Shown piece after piece: positions 23,267-35,089 of a DNA stretch of 48,147 bases. Position numbers and translations under genes: made by a program. Source of the DNA: Octopus bimaculoides (lineage: Eukaryota); the NCBI RefSeq assembly GCF_001194135.2, contig NC_068982.1:111147012-111195158 (forward strand), given 5' to 3'. The stretch's first letter is position 1. Each line of letters opens with the position of its first letter. The notes beneath the pieces were generated by a model. The model made no database searches. It worked only from the letters and a program-made list of their open reading frames with translations, and was not told the DNA's origin.

Positions 23267-24144
23267 TTAGCACATAATAAAACGTTTAAACTTTCCAACC
23301 GTACGAAGCTGCTTGCATCTATTATGTCCTCTACGTAAGTTTCTTCCACAAAGAAATGTATTTAAATACAAGAAATACATTTTAATATTTAAGTTAAAAT
23401 AAACAAAAATAAGATCCATAAGTATTTTATGCTACATAAACTTCCAAATATAACATTATTTAAGGCTGGAATATAAACAATGTAAGTTCTAATAGAAAAC
23501 ACGAAACGAATGTAATTAGCTAATATTATGTTACTGTGAATGATAATATGATATAAAATGATCATAAAAACGAGCTCGTACTTCTATGAGATTCACAGAT
23601 TGGCAATATTGTAATATAAGTAGATGTTTTCCTTACTTATGTTTATCTCTGTTACAACAGCCATGATAGCAGAGTAGTTGATCTATTACTATGGAGTGTT
23701 TGCGAGATAAAAACAGACAGTCGTGTGGATGTAGAAATACCATGATTATTCAGATAGAAATACAGCTAGAGCTAAATCTCGGCTTTAAATCTTTGTTTTT
23801 GAGACTCCTTTCACTGGCTCAAATGGCTCCTATGTCTACATTGCAGGTTAAGTGCACAGCATCTTATTTAGTAATAATATTTCAAATTTGTGTGAAGTAC
23901 AGTTCCATCCTGTCAGAAATACATTATCAAGAGATTGTTTACTATCATCACTGCTGGATATTTGGATTTACTTGTGTCGTATTTCTGACAATGGCGGATA
24001 TTAATTTCATAGCCAAACCTTTTTGATTTGTAGTTGTTGTTCCTTCTGTTCACTCTTAGCTCATGATGAAAAGCATTTTTGTTGTGACAATTGGATCGTG
24101 TAAAATTGTTTCTACTGTAGGCACAAAGTTTGGGATTTCGGGAG

Positions 24145-24312
24145 AGGATTTAAATCGATTACATCGACTCCAGTGCTCAATTGGTATTTATTTTATCGAT
24201 CTCGAAAGGCGAAGTCGACCTCAGCGACATATGAACACAGAACATAAAACCAGGAGAAATGCAACTGAGCATTTTGTCCGGCGTGCCAACACTTCTGCCA
24301 GCCCACTGCCTT
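24145..24312 (-). mobile_element. Diverged family D SINE
   Basis: Reverse complement AAGGCAGTGGGCTGGCAGAAGTGTTGGCACGCCGGAC...GAGGTCGACTT...GATAAAATAA. Confidence 0.75.
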
Positions 24313-24536
24313 TTCTAGGATCGAGTAAAATAATAGTAGATTATGTGATACATATGCAATATTGAGAAGCTCTATTTTCTGCATGCTGTATATGTCTAAG
24401 TTTTAGGGATTTAGTTATATAGTTCTCTGTATTTCTTTTTATCATTCTCTTAGTACCTTATATTATGGGAATCGTATCTTTTCAGATTTTATCAATTTAT
24501 CATCATCCTCATCTTCCTCACCATCATCCCCATCCC

Positions 24537-24600
<64 letters not shown>

Positions 24601-24832
24601 TTACTTCTCAGAACTCTTGGTCTTACTTGTTCTGGTTGATTCTGTGAGAGCGGAAAGCAACCTGTTGTCAGAGGTCTCACAGGGTCTCTTTCAGCAAAAT
24701 TTAGGCTTTGGTACCTGGATGTTAAATTATCGTGTAAGACTCAATACCCAACCACCAATCNNNNNNNNNNTTTGGGGGGCCTGCTCTGCATTCATGTCAA
24801 TTCCAAATTATTATTATTATTATTATTATTAC

Positions 24833-24874
<42 letters not shown>

Positions 24875-24943
24875 GAAATCGTCGTAAGTACTATTGACCC
24901 CTCCCACGAAACTGCCTTATGCCAAATATTGAAGCAATTTTAA

Positions 24944-25745
24944 GGAGGCGAGCTGACAGAATCGTTACTGCGCCGGACAAAATATTTAACGGCCTTTCTT
25001 TCGACTTTACGTACTGAGTTCAAACGCCATCTGATTCGACTTTAACATTCATCCTTTCGGGGTCGATAAAATAAGTACTAGTTGAGCACTGAGCTAGATG
25101 TAATCGGGTTACGCTTCACCCCCTCCCACACCACCACCACCACCACCACGAAATCGCTGGCCTACTGCCAAAATCTGAAGCGATTATAATTGTTGTTGTT
25201 GTTGTTGTTGTTGTTGTTAAAGCAGCAGAATCGTTAGTGCATCGGATAAAATGCTTTGCGGCATTTCTTCCGGCTAATTACGTTCTGAGTTCAGATCCTA
25301 CCAAAGTTAACTTTGCTTTCATCCTTCGTCAATATGATAAGCACAAGCTGAGTACTGAGGTCGATGCAATCGACCAGTCACTTCCTGAAATATTTCAGGC
25401 CTTCTGTCTATAGTAGAAAGAGGTATTGTTGATATTAAAATAATTATCATGTGTAAAGTCGGTGAGCTGGCAGGATCGTTGGTGTCGGTAAAATGCCATG
25501 TCGTATTTGCTCTTTATGTACGAAGTTCAAATTTTTTCCTTTCATCTTTCCGGGTCAATAAAATAAAGCATTTGTCAGATATTAGGGTCGCTTAAATAGG
25601 CTAAAATCTATCCTCTGGATCAGAAGAATCCATAGAACGTCAGACAAAACGCCTCACGGTATTTACTGCGGCTCTTAACGTTCTAAGGCTAAATCCCACC
25701 AAGTCAACTTTAGCAGTCATCTTTCTGGAGTAGATAAAATAATAT
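24944..25745 (+). mobile_element. Four consecutive diverged family D SINEs (about 24944-25175, 25221-25425, 25458-25615, 25625-25745)
   Basis: Each retains parts of the GAGCTGGCAGAATCG head, GAGTTCAAAT B box and TTTCATCCTTTCGGGGTCGATAAAATAA central motif. Confidence 0.7.
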
Positions 25746-26175
25746 TTTCTACTCTAAGCACAAGACTCGAAATTTTTAGGGAGGGGCCCAGTCGATTAGA
25801 TCGACCCCAGTACGCGACTGGTAATTAACTTATCGACCCCGAAAGGATGAAAGGCAAAGTCGACCTTGGCGGAATTTGAACTCAGAACGTAGCGGCACAC
25901 GAAATACCACTAAGCATTTCGCCTGGCGTGCTAACGTTTTTTTATTTCTTTACTGCCCACAAGGGGCTACACACAGAGGGGACAAATAAGGACAGATAAA
26001 GGGATTAAGTCGATTATATCGACCCCAGTCCGTAACTGGTACTTATTTAATCGATCTCGAAAGGATGAAAGGCAAAGTCGACCTCGGTGGAATTTGAACT
26101 CAGAACGTAACAGCAGACGAAATACCGCTAAGCATTTCGCCCGGAGTGCTAACGTTTCTGCCAGCTTGAGGCCTT
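25742..26175 (-). mobile_element. Two tandem family D SINEs: 25940-26175 (tail type 1) joined to 5'-clipped 25742-25939 (tail type 2)
   Basis: On the minus strand the first copy ends CCCCTTGTGGGCAGTAAAGAAAT and runs directly into AAACGTTAGCACGCC of the second, which ends TCGACTGGCCCCTCCCTAAAAATTTCGAG...AGTAGAAAATATT. Confidence 0.88.
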
Positions 26176-27245
26176 GGAGAAGATAAAATAATGAACCAGT
26201 CAAGTAGAAATCATTATTGCCGTCACCTAAAGCTTTTGGCCTAGTGCCTTTGTTAAAAGAAAANNNNNNNNNNNNNNNNNNNNNNNNNNNNNNNNNNNNN
26301 NNNNNNNNNNNNNNNNNNNNNNNNNNNNNNNNNNNNNNNNNNNNNNNNNNNNNNNNNNNNNNNNNNNNNNNNNNNNNNNNNNNNNNNNNNNNNNNNNNNN
26401 NNNNNNNNNNNNNNNNNNNNNNNNNNNNNNNNNNNNNNNNNNNNNNNNNNNNNNNNNNNNNNNNNNNNNNNNNNNNNNNNNNNNNNNNNNNNNNNNNNNN
26501 NNNNNNNNNNNNNNNNNNNNNNNNNNNNNNNNNNNNNNNNNNNNNNNNNNNNNNNNNNNNNNNNNNNNNNNNNNNNNNNNNNNNNNNNNNNNNNNNNNNN
26601 NNNNNNNNNNNNNNNNNNNNNNNNNNNNNNNNNNNNNNNNNNNNNNNNNNNNNNNNNNNNNNNNNNNNNNNNNNNNNNNNNNNNNNNNNNNNNNNNNNNN
26701 NNNNNGTGTGCGTGCGTGCGCGCGCTCGTGTTTTGAGCGCTGAAAAATTTAGACCAAATATTTTGTGACGTCAAACGACAGCTGCTGAAGTTTTGTATTT
26801 AATTTTTAAGGTGAGGTGCCAAAGTATGGAAAGACGGACAGTCTTCAGTTTTCACCTTTAAAAGATTCTTCCCTTTTCTTCTTTTCGTTTTTTTTATTGT
26901 TTTTTTTTTTTTTGCTTCGTTCGTCCTTCGCTGACAATAAATAAATAAATACATAAATGTATCAACATGACAGATTCTGTTAGCAAAACAGAGATGAAGG
27001 GTGACATGGAGGTGTCATAGCAACTAACAACTAAGATAAGAAAGACATCAAACTATGTTATAGCAACAGCAGTAACAGCAGTAGTAGTAATAGCAGCAGC
27101 ATCGATACGAACAGCAATAACCACAGCATCGACAGAAATGGAAATACCATGGCAACTGCAACTAAAGCAGTAATAACAGAAACAGTAACACAACTAGATA
27201 AGACCACGTGCAAGCAATTGCTACTTCGCGTTTTGTGTAGTCAAA

Positions 27246-28135
27246 TGCTGTGTGGTAAGAAGCTTGCTTGAAGGCGGCGATCTGGCAGAAACGTTAGCAC
27301 GCCGGGCGAAATACTTAGCAGTATTTCGTCTGCCGCTACGTTCTGAGTTCAAATTCCGCCGAGGTCGACTTTGCTTTTCATCCTTTCGAGGTCGATAAAT
27401 TAAGTACAAGTTACGCACTGGGGTCGATGTAATCCACTTAATCCCTTTGCCTGTCCTTGTTTGTCTCCTCTATGTTTAGCCCCTTGTGGGCAATAAAGAA
27501 ATAAAGAAATAAGAAGCTTGCTTGAAGGCGGCGAGCTGGCAGAAACGTTAGCACGCCGGGCGAAATACTTAGCAGTATTTCGTCTGCCGTTACGTTCTGA
27601 GTTCAAATTCCGTCGAGGTCGACTTTGCCTTTCATCCTTTCGGAGTCGATAAATAAAGTACCAGTTACGGACTGGGGTCGATGTAATCGACTTAATCCCT
27701 TTGTCTGTCCTTGTTTCTCCCCTCTATGTTTAGCCCCTTGTGAGCAATAAAGAAATAAGAAGCTTGCTTCCCAACCACATGGTTTCGGGCTCAGTCCCAC
27801 TGCGTGACACCTTGGGCAAGTGTCTTCTATTATAGCTTCAGGCTGACCAAAGCCTTGTGAGTGGGATGATAGACGGAAATTGAAAGAAGGTAGTCGTGTG
27901 TGTGTGTGTGTGTATGTGTGTGTGGAGATGAGGGTTATTCACACCACCGCCTGACAACCGGCATTATGTTCACATCCCCGTAACTTAGCGGTTCGGCAAA
28001 AGAGACGGATAGAATAAGTACCACACTTTAAAATGATAAGTACTGGGGTCAATTCATTCGATTAAAAATTCTTCAAGGTGATACCCCAGAATGGTCGCAG
28101 TCTAATAACTGAAGCCGATAAAAGGTAAAAGATAT
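27246..28135 (+). mobile_element. Host family E SINE interrupted by the D tandem
   Basis: GCTGTGTGGTAAGAAGCTTGCTT resumes at 27770 as CCCAACCACATGG...CACCTTGGGCAAGTGTCTTC, followed by a short (GT)n and the tail module to AAAAGATA. Confidence 0.88.
27270..27755 (+). mobile_element. Two tandem family D SINEs (27270-27509, 27524-27755), tail type 1, nested in a family E SINE
   Basis: Exact TAAGAAGCTTGCTT at 27256-27269, 27510-27523 and 27756-27769. About 14 substitutions between the two copies by manual comparison. Confidence 0.92.
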
Positions 28136-29800
28136 TCGAGATGGTAGCTGATCTGGGTGCTTAAAGGAGGTAGCCTTTGTGCAGGAGTACTAAAGTATAC
28201 GGAAAGAGTGAGGACATTGACGAATGGGTTGTGGAGAATCTTTAGACCACATATGATCCTGGAAAACAAAACTCAGACAAATCTGGAAGTAATGGTGCAA
28301 TGTTGGAGGAAAAGGCATTTTATATGTGGTGGCAAAATATTGACATTACAGGTCTGAATGAAATGAACTCATGCCACTTAAATCTATACAACTTAAATCT
28401 CTTCATTTCTTATAAAAATTACTTATGGTGGACTGCAATCCGTTTATTATTATTAATATTATCATCATTTTTTTTTTTTTTTTTGACTGGTTTTTTTTTT
28501 TTGACTGGGCCTTAGCTGCGTTTAAAAGACTCCACTCTTTCGCAAAAATTTGGCATCTGTGTCTGTTATGTCTGAATTCCACTTTTCTCTTTCCAGCCAC
28601 TAGGATGAGGAGATGATGATGATGATGATGAGGAGGAGGAGGAGGAGGAGGNNNNNNNNNNNNNNNNNNNNNNNNNNNNNNNNNNNNNNNNNNNNNNNNN
28701 NNNNNNNNNNNNNNNNNNNNNNNNNNNNNNNNNNNNNNNNNNNNNNNNNNNNNNNNNNNNNNNNNNNNNNNNNNNNNNNNNNNNNNNNNNNNNNNNNNNN
28801 NNNNNNNNNNNNNNNNNNNNNNNNNNNNNNNNNNNNNNNNNNNNNNNNNNNNNNNNNGAGGAGGAGGAGGAGGAGGAGGAAAAGAAGACGAGCAAGAAGA
28901 AGAAGAAGAAGAAACGTAGCAGCGATAACGACGAGAAGCAACACACAGATTGGTGTAACGGGTCTCTTCTGCTGTCTTTCCATGTTACAGGCAGCAATTC
29001 ACGAAGACAACAAAGTTCGTTGTAGACAAAAGGTTGATGGAGGCCTCGACCAAAATCAGTGATCTGGCTGGCATCAATTGAAAGAAGGGGATTTATCGAC
29101 CTAATAGTTGATGACCTTTCCCTAAATGCGGTCTTGTATGTCATCCTCGTAGTTTTTTCTTTCTTTTCTTCTTTTTTTTTTTGTTCTTCTTCTCTCTGTT
29201 TATTAAACTCCCTTGACTGATGTTTTTAGCTATTTTTAAATCTTTCAAGTTCATGATTTCTTTGTAACTTCGTCTCATTTGTTAATCTCATTAGCCTCTC
29301 CTTGGTGATCAACTGCTTTAAAGCTTTGTCTTATTTTTACTCTGGCTTTGTTTTATCTTCCAATTTGTTGTTGTTGATGTTGTTGCTATTTGTGGTTGTC
29401 CTCCTCATCCGTCTCCTTGATGTCAAATGAAATCATCATCACCATCATCATCGTCGTTGTAGTCATCATCATCATCATCATTGTTATTATTATTATTATT
29501 ACTATTATTATTATTATGAACTATCGTTGCTTTATTCAGTGCTTGTTCCCTATTCATGTTCTTTGCATCTGTTTTCCCAACTACTGTCTTTTCCATCTGG
29601 TAATAAATACCTAGCATGTAATCCACTTTTTGATAAATGCTGTTGTAACGTCCCTCTTGCCACTCCCAGACATTGTCAGCGTTTTCTTTTCCATTTTTTG
29701 TTTTTTGTCCGCATCTTTCTTTGTTTTTGAATATTTGTTTGTTTTATTGTAGATTTTCTTTGGCAGTAAAAGAGGATTTATTCATAATACAAGTAGAAGG

Positions 29801-29957
29801 AGGAGAGGCAGGAGGGGAGGAGGAGAGGCAGGAGGGGAGGAGAGGCAGGAGGGGAGGAGAGGCAGGAGGGGAGGAGAGGCAGGAGGGGAGGAGAGGCAGG
29901 AGGGGAGGAGAGGCAGGAGGGGAGGAGAAGCAGGAGGGGAGGAGAAGCAGGAGGGGA
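29801..29957. repeat. 17-bp G-rich minisatellite (AGGAGAGGCAGGAGGGG), about 9 copies
   Basis: Directly visible. The last units carry AGAAGC variants. Confidence 0.9.
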
Positions 29958-30656
29958 GGAGGAGGAGGCCGACGACGACGACGACAAGGAGAGGATAAGA
30001 AGAATAAGAGGAGGAAGAAAATGACGAAGGAAGAAGCAAGTACAGTTTCTACTACTGCCTCCCCGATAATAACAATAATGATGATGATTTTTTATCTGCC
30101 ACAAGGGCATCTTGTGAGAGGTACATTAGAAGGATAGTTTACAATCTATAGCGGAGTTACATAAAAAGATGAAAGGCAGAAAGGAAGAGAAGGGAGTAAG
30201 ATCAAAAAATTGTATACAGTGTTTAAGATATGTGAACACGTATGATGCAGTCCTACTGATACAGGAGAGCCCCCAGATAGCGGAAAGGCTAGAAGTTTGG
30301 TGCGAGGGGTATAGACGATAATATAGTTGATGATAAAATAAGGCACCCGTCGTTGACTAGTGCCGTATTTTATCAATGAAATGCATAGTTGACATCAGCA
30401 GTATTTGAATTCGTTGAGTAAAGAACCGCAGCTAAGGGTTGTTGCTTTATGTTTTAAAGATTCTACCAGTCAATGACAAGCGTTAGGGTTAAAGACATAC
30501 ATTTTGGTGGGAGTAGAGCAACGCCATTTGACTGGTACTTTAATATATCGAACCACATCAAAAGTGTGAAAGGACTCCCTGAATTGTTTCAGGGTTGTCT
30601 CACTTCCTGTACACCGTGGTGATCATACGCAAAAAGCTTGAAATGCAATCACCGTC

Positions 30657-30669
30657 CCACCAGAGGGCG
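30657..30669 (+). promoter_or_regulatory. Candidate CTCF-binding site
   Basis: CCACCAGAGGGCG matches the bilaterian CTCF core CCACYAGRKGGCR. Lies in non-repetitive-looking sequence. Confidence 0.35.
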
Positions 30670-31009
30670 TCACGAAATGATTGTTGATGTTTTAACACTT
30701 CTTGCATAAAGTGAAAATTTTCCTCAATCACAAACCACAGTGGAAACGGTCCTTTTACAAATCAAATATGTTTCAGACACATTCAAACTGATCGAAGAGT
30801 TTGCTCACAGAGAGGGTAATATTGTCTACTTATGGTTTGAATAACTTCAGCTGATCGAAGATATTCAGCTCACCGTATTACATATGTGAAACTCTAGCAT
30901 GTTTGTATATAATGAGCAAAACACTCCCCCCAAATATTTTTTCCTCAGTCACATTAGTAATATTCATAATCAACACTATTACCTTTCCTCTATTTCCCTC
31001 TTTCTCTGT

Positions 31010-31083
<74 letters not shown>

Positions 31084-32755
31084 NNNNNNNNNNNNNNNNN
31101 NNNNNNNNNNNNNNNNNNNNNNNNNNNNNNNNNNNNNNNNNNNNNNNNNNNNNNNNNNNNNNNNNNNNNNNNNNNNNNNNNNNNNNNNNNNNNNNNNNNN
31201 NNNNNNNNNNNNNNNNNNNNNNNNNNNNNNNNNNNNNNNNNNNNNNNNNNNNNNNNNNNNNNNNNNNNNNNNNNNNNNNNNNNNNNNNNNNNNNNNNNNN
31301 NNNNNNNNNNNNNNNNNNNNNNNNNNNNNNNNNNNNNNNNNNNNNNNNNNNNNNNNNNNNNNNNNNNNNNNNNNNNNNNNNNNNNNNNNNNNNNNNNNNN
31401 NNNNNNNNNNNNNNNNNNNNNNNNNNNNNNNNNNNNNNNNNNNNNNNNNNNNNNNNNNNNNNNNNNNATATATATATATAAATATATATATATATAACAT
31501 AAAAAATACACATTGTGCACAGGACATCACCAACGAGTGAAAATATGTAAACACATGAGTGGAAAGTACAGGACAAAATACCAAAAGAAGATAACACCTC
31601 ATCGGTTGTCGGACTGTGTATTACTCCTATTTCGTTCTTCTAACGACAATATAGGAAAACTTCATAAGACAGCAGCATCCAGAAATTTTAAAAATATAAA
31701 ATTCATGGATAATTAGCACTTCGAACAAACAAACGATGACAGATTAGACGTACAGAGTAAACAATCGACGAAGACAAAACATTAAAAGCCGTTAGGCCAA
31801 GACGAATTGTAATGGGTAACGCCTGGGTGAAATTTTTTCAAGAAAATAGGATTATTAGAAAAGAAAATAGTAGATGAATTTTATCGAAATTACTTCCCTT
31901 ACTTCTCATTTTCATATTTTAAACACATGTAAAGGGAGTTTTTGCTTATAAATTGTTTTATAAATCACCGTTAACCGTTGTTTTTCAGTTCACTATATTA
32001 CTTGTGTCAGACCTACCATGCATAGTTATATTTTGCAAGAAGAATACTCCTCTGGGGTATTTTTCAGCAGCCATGTTAATTATTGATTAAACTTTCCACA
32101 GCCCCAAAATATGTGGTTTCCTGTCTTAGAAAACGTCACTATTCGTATTGCAGCTACTGTTGTTATTTCTTTTCTCGGTCAAAGGATCTTATATATCGTA
32201 GATGATAGCTTCTAGAATGAAAAAATAATTAATTATTTCATTAGTTCTTTTTTAATCTACCACTGAAAGCTCCAATGCTCTTGTGTTTTCCTCTTGATAT
32301 ATTCAAATTTATTTACTGCTTCTAAGCAGCCAATAGCAACATAGCCAAATGTTTTCTTGCGTTCTGTAAATAAGTCAGCCAGTACAAACGTTTTGCTATG
32401 ATGGTTTTCATCTGGTTCGCTCTCATATCAACCCTGATTGAAGTTATCAAAGGCCTTCCAGCTATGACCATTCCATTTTATTTTGGGGCATATTACATCC
32501 GAGACATTATTCAATATTTCCTTTCACATACACGTACATGCATGTAGGCACACACAAACACACACACACCCATTCTTCCATGACAGACAGTAGATTAGTG
32601 CACGGTTTTACTTAAACGTTCAGTTATCTAACCCCAACCCAGAGCAAAACCGATCGGCTGTAATGACTCTATTATACTGTATACTTTGATTAATGTACCC
32701 ACTCCATTGACAATATACGAATGCCTTTTTTTTCTGACTGGTAAATTCTTACATG

Positions 32756-32813
<58 letters not shown>

Positions 32814-33229
32814 NNNNNNNNNNNNNNNNNNNNNNNNNNNNNNNNNNNNNNNNNNNNNNNNNNNNNNNNNNNNNNNNNNNNNNNNNNNNNNNNNNNNNNN
32901 NNNNNNNNNNNNNNNNNNNNNNNNNNNNNNNNNNNNNNNNNNNNNNNNNNNNNNNNNNNNNNNNNNNNNNNNNNNNNNNNNNNNNNNNNNNNNNNNNNNN
33001 NNNNNNNNNNNNNNNNNNNNNNNNNNNNNNNNNNNNNNNNNNNNNNNNNNNNNNNNNNNNNNNNNNNNNNNNNNNNNNNNNNNNNNNNNNNNNNNNNNNN
33101 NNNNNNNNNNNNNNNNNNNNNNNNNNNNNNNNNNNNNNNNNNNNNNNNNNNNNNNNNNNNNNNNNNNNNNNNNNNNNNNNNNNNNNNNNNNNNNNNNNNN
33201 NNNNNNNNNNNNNNNNNNNNNNNNNNNNN

Positions 33230-33261
<32 letters not shown>

Positions 33262-33263
<2 letters not shown>

Positions 33264-33416
33264 GAGCTTCTTTCAGTTGCTGTCTATCAAATCCACTCAC
33301 AAAGCTTTGAGCGGTTCGAGGCTACAGTAGAAGACACTTGCCCAAGGTGCCATGCAGTGAGACTGAGCCCGGAACCATGTGGTTGGTAAACAAGCTACTT
33401 ACCACGCAGCCACTCT
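33262..33416 (-). mobile_element. Family E SINE head module, ending in microsatellite and gap
   Basis: Reverse complement GAGTGGCTGCGTGGTAAGTAGCTTGTTTACCAACCACATGG...CACCTTGGGCAAGTGTCTTCTAC...GAAAGAAGCTCGTC, then (TA)n. Confidence 0.85.
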
Positions 33417-33598
33417 CTCGCCCTCTTTATCTCTATCTCTGTTCGGAACACAAATACCAGTAATATACTGGTATAAAATAGATAAAACCGAATACGCTGT
33501 CTTCCGATATATATCAAAGAAAGTCCCAATAAAATATCAATAACATTTGCTGATGTATCTGTCTTCCTTCTTAAGTTATGTAAGTCAAAATAGAGATG

Positions 33599-33649
<51 letters not shown>

Positions 33650-34040
33650 NNNNNNNNNNNNNNNNNNNNNNNNNNNNNNNNNNNNNNNNNNNNNNNNNNN
33701 NNNNNNNNNNNNNNNNNNNNNNNNNNNNNNNNNNNNNNNNNNNNNNNNNNNNNNNNNNNNNNNNNNNNNNNNNNNNNNNNNNNNNNNNNNNNNNNNNNNN
33801 NNNNNNNNNNNNNNNNNNNNNNNNNNNNNNNNNNNNNNNNNNNNNNNNNNNNNNNNNNNNNNNNNNNNNNNNNNNNNNNNNNNNNNNNNNNNNNNNNNNN
33901 NNNNNNNNNNNNNNNNNNNNNNNNNNNNNNNNNNNNNNNNNNNNNNNNNNNNNNNNNNNNNNNNNNNNNNNNNNNNNNNNNNNNNNNNNNNNNNNNNNNN
34001 NNNNNNNNNNNNNNNNNNNNNNNNNNNNNNNNNNNNNNNN

Positions 34041-34105
<65 letters not shown>

Positions 34106-34544
34106 TTTATTTTCTTTATTTATTCACTGTATATCTGATATATTATTCATAAATTGCGTGTTTAGAAATATTTTATATGAATAACAGCTGTAATTTTAAC
34201 CTTATAATCATGCATTATATTTATTTATTCATTTCACTCTTAAGGTTACGATCAAATGTTAACCAAATTTATTATATTAATTTTCAACGTTAATTTTTTT
34301 TTATATGCATATTTGTTGCCGATGCCATTCCAGTCACCGGACATTCTACATTCTGCTGTCAGTCGGAGTAAACACATTATGTGTTCCTATTGAAATTCAT
34401 TTTAGTCTCCTATTTTAGCTGTCTGAAGGATCCATATAACTGCGGGAATTTGATTGGCACATTGCCAACTGATACAAGATAAGAGTAACTGAACTGAGTC
34501 AGTGAATAAAATTCGAAATATTGTCTACAAAACATCACACTTAC

Positions 34545-34610
34545 TTTCCTTCTTGACCTTCTGCCACTGGAATTGATGCGTTCTTGTGTTACATTTCATG
34601 CATAAGAAGC
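34545..34610 (-). other. Candidate 66-nt symmetric exon (unassigned)
   Basis: Acceptor TTTTAAG| and donor |GTAAGTG. Phase-1 frame open: GFLCMKCNTRTHQFQWQKVKKE. No homology recognised. Confidence 0.2.
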
Positions 34611-35053
34611 CTTAAAATTGCGTCGGTCGCTGGCGATTATAAAGTCTTGACATTGCAACCTTACGTCCGTCATATCCACATGTCTAAACGTATGTTGAGA
34701 GCCAAATTCTGCTGAAAGCTTAAATCTTACAGTGGTTACTGAAGCAATATACACAATTTTATTCTTCATATATTCAGAAAGACTTCTGTATTCCTGTTGT
34801 TGCTATGCTGTTCCACGATTTGGGGTTACAGTAACAAGTTAGACTCTCTGAATATCTTATACAAGGAAACTAGATCCGTCACTGTGACTCTCTATATTGA
34901 TAGTGTTACATTAATCAAACAAGTAATTAAGCACATTATTTTTAGTTTTCTTTATTAACTATACCTATCACAATTTTCATGATTTATAATTTATGTATAC
35001 ATATGCATATATGTATGTCTGTATGTATATGTATATACATACATATCCACACG

Positions 35054-35084
<31 letters not shown>

Positions 35085-35089
35085 CTACA

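Noticed and set aside
23691-24026. 111-aa ORF
   Set aside because: No recognisable motif or convincing splice context. Composition resembles the non-coding background.
27256-27769. CRISPR-like repeat-spacer pattern
   Set aside because: The spacers are near-identical SINE copies and the repeats are target-site duplications in eukaryotic DNA.
28140-28370. Purine-rich, coding-looking stretch
   Set aside because: Stops in the best frame and no family recognised. Possibly a TE relic but unsupported.
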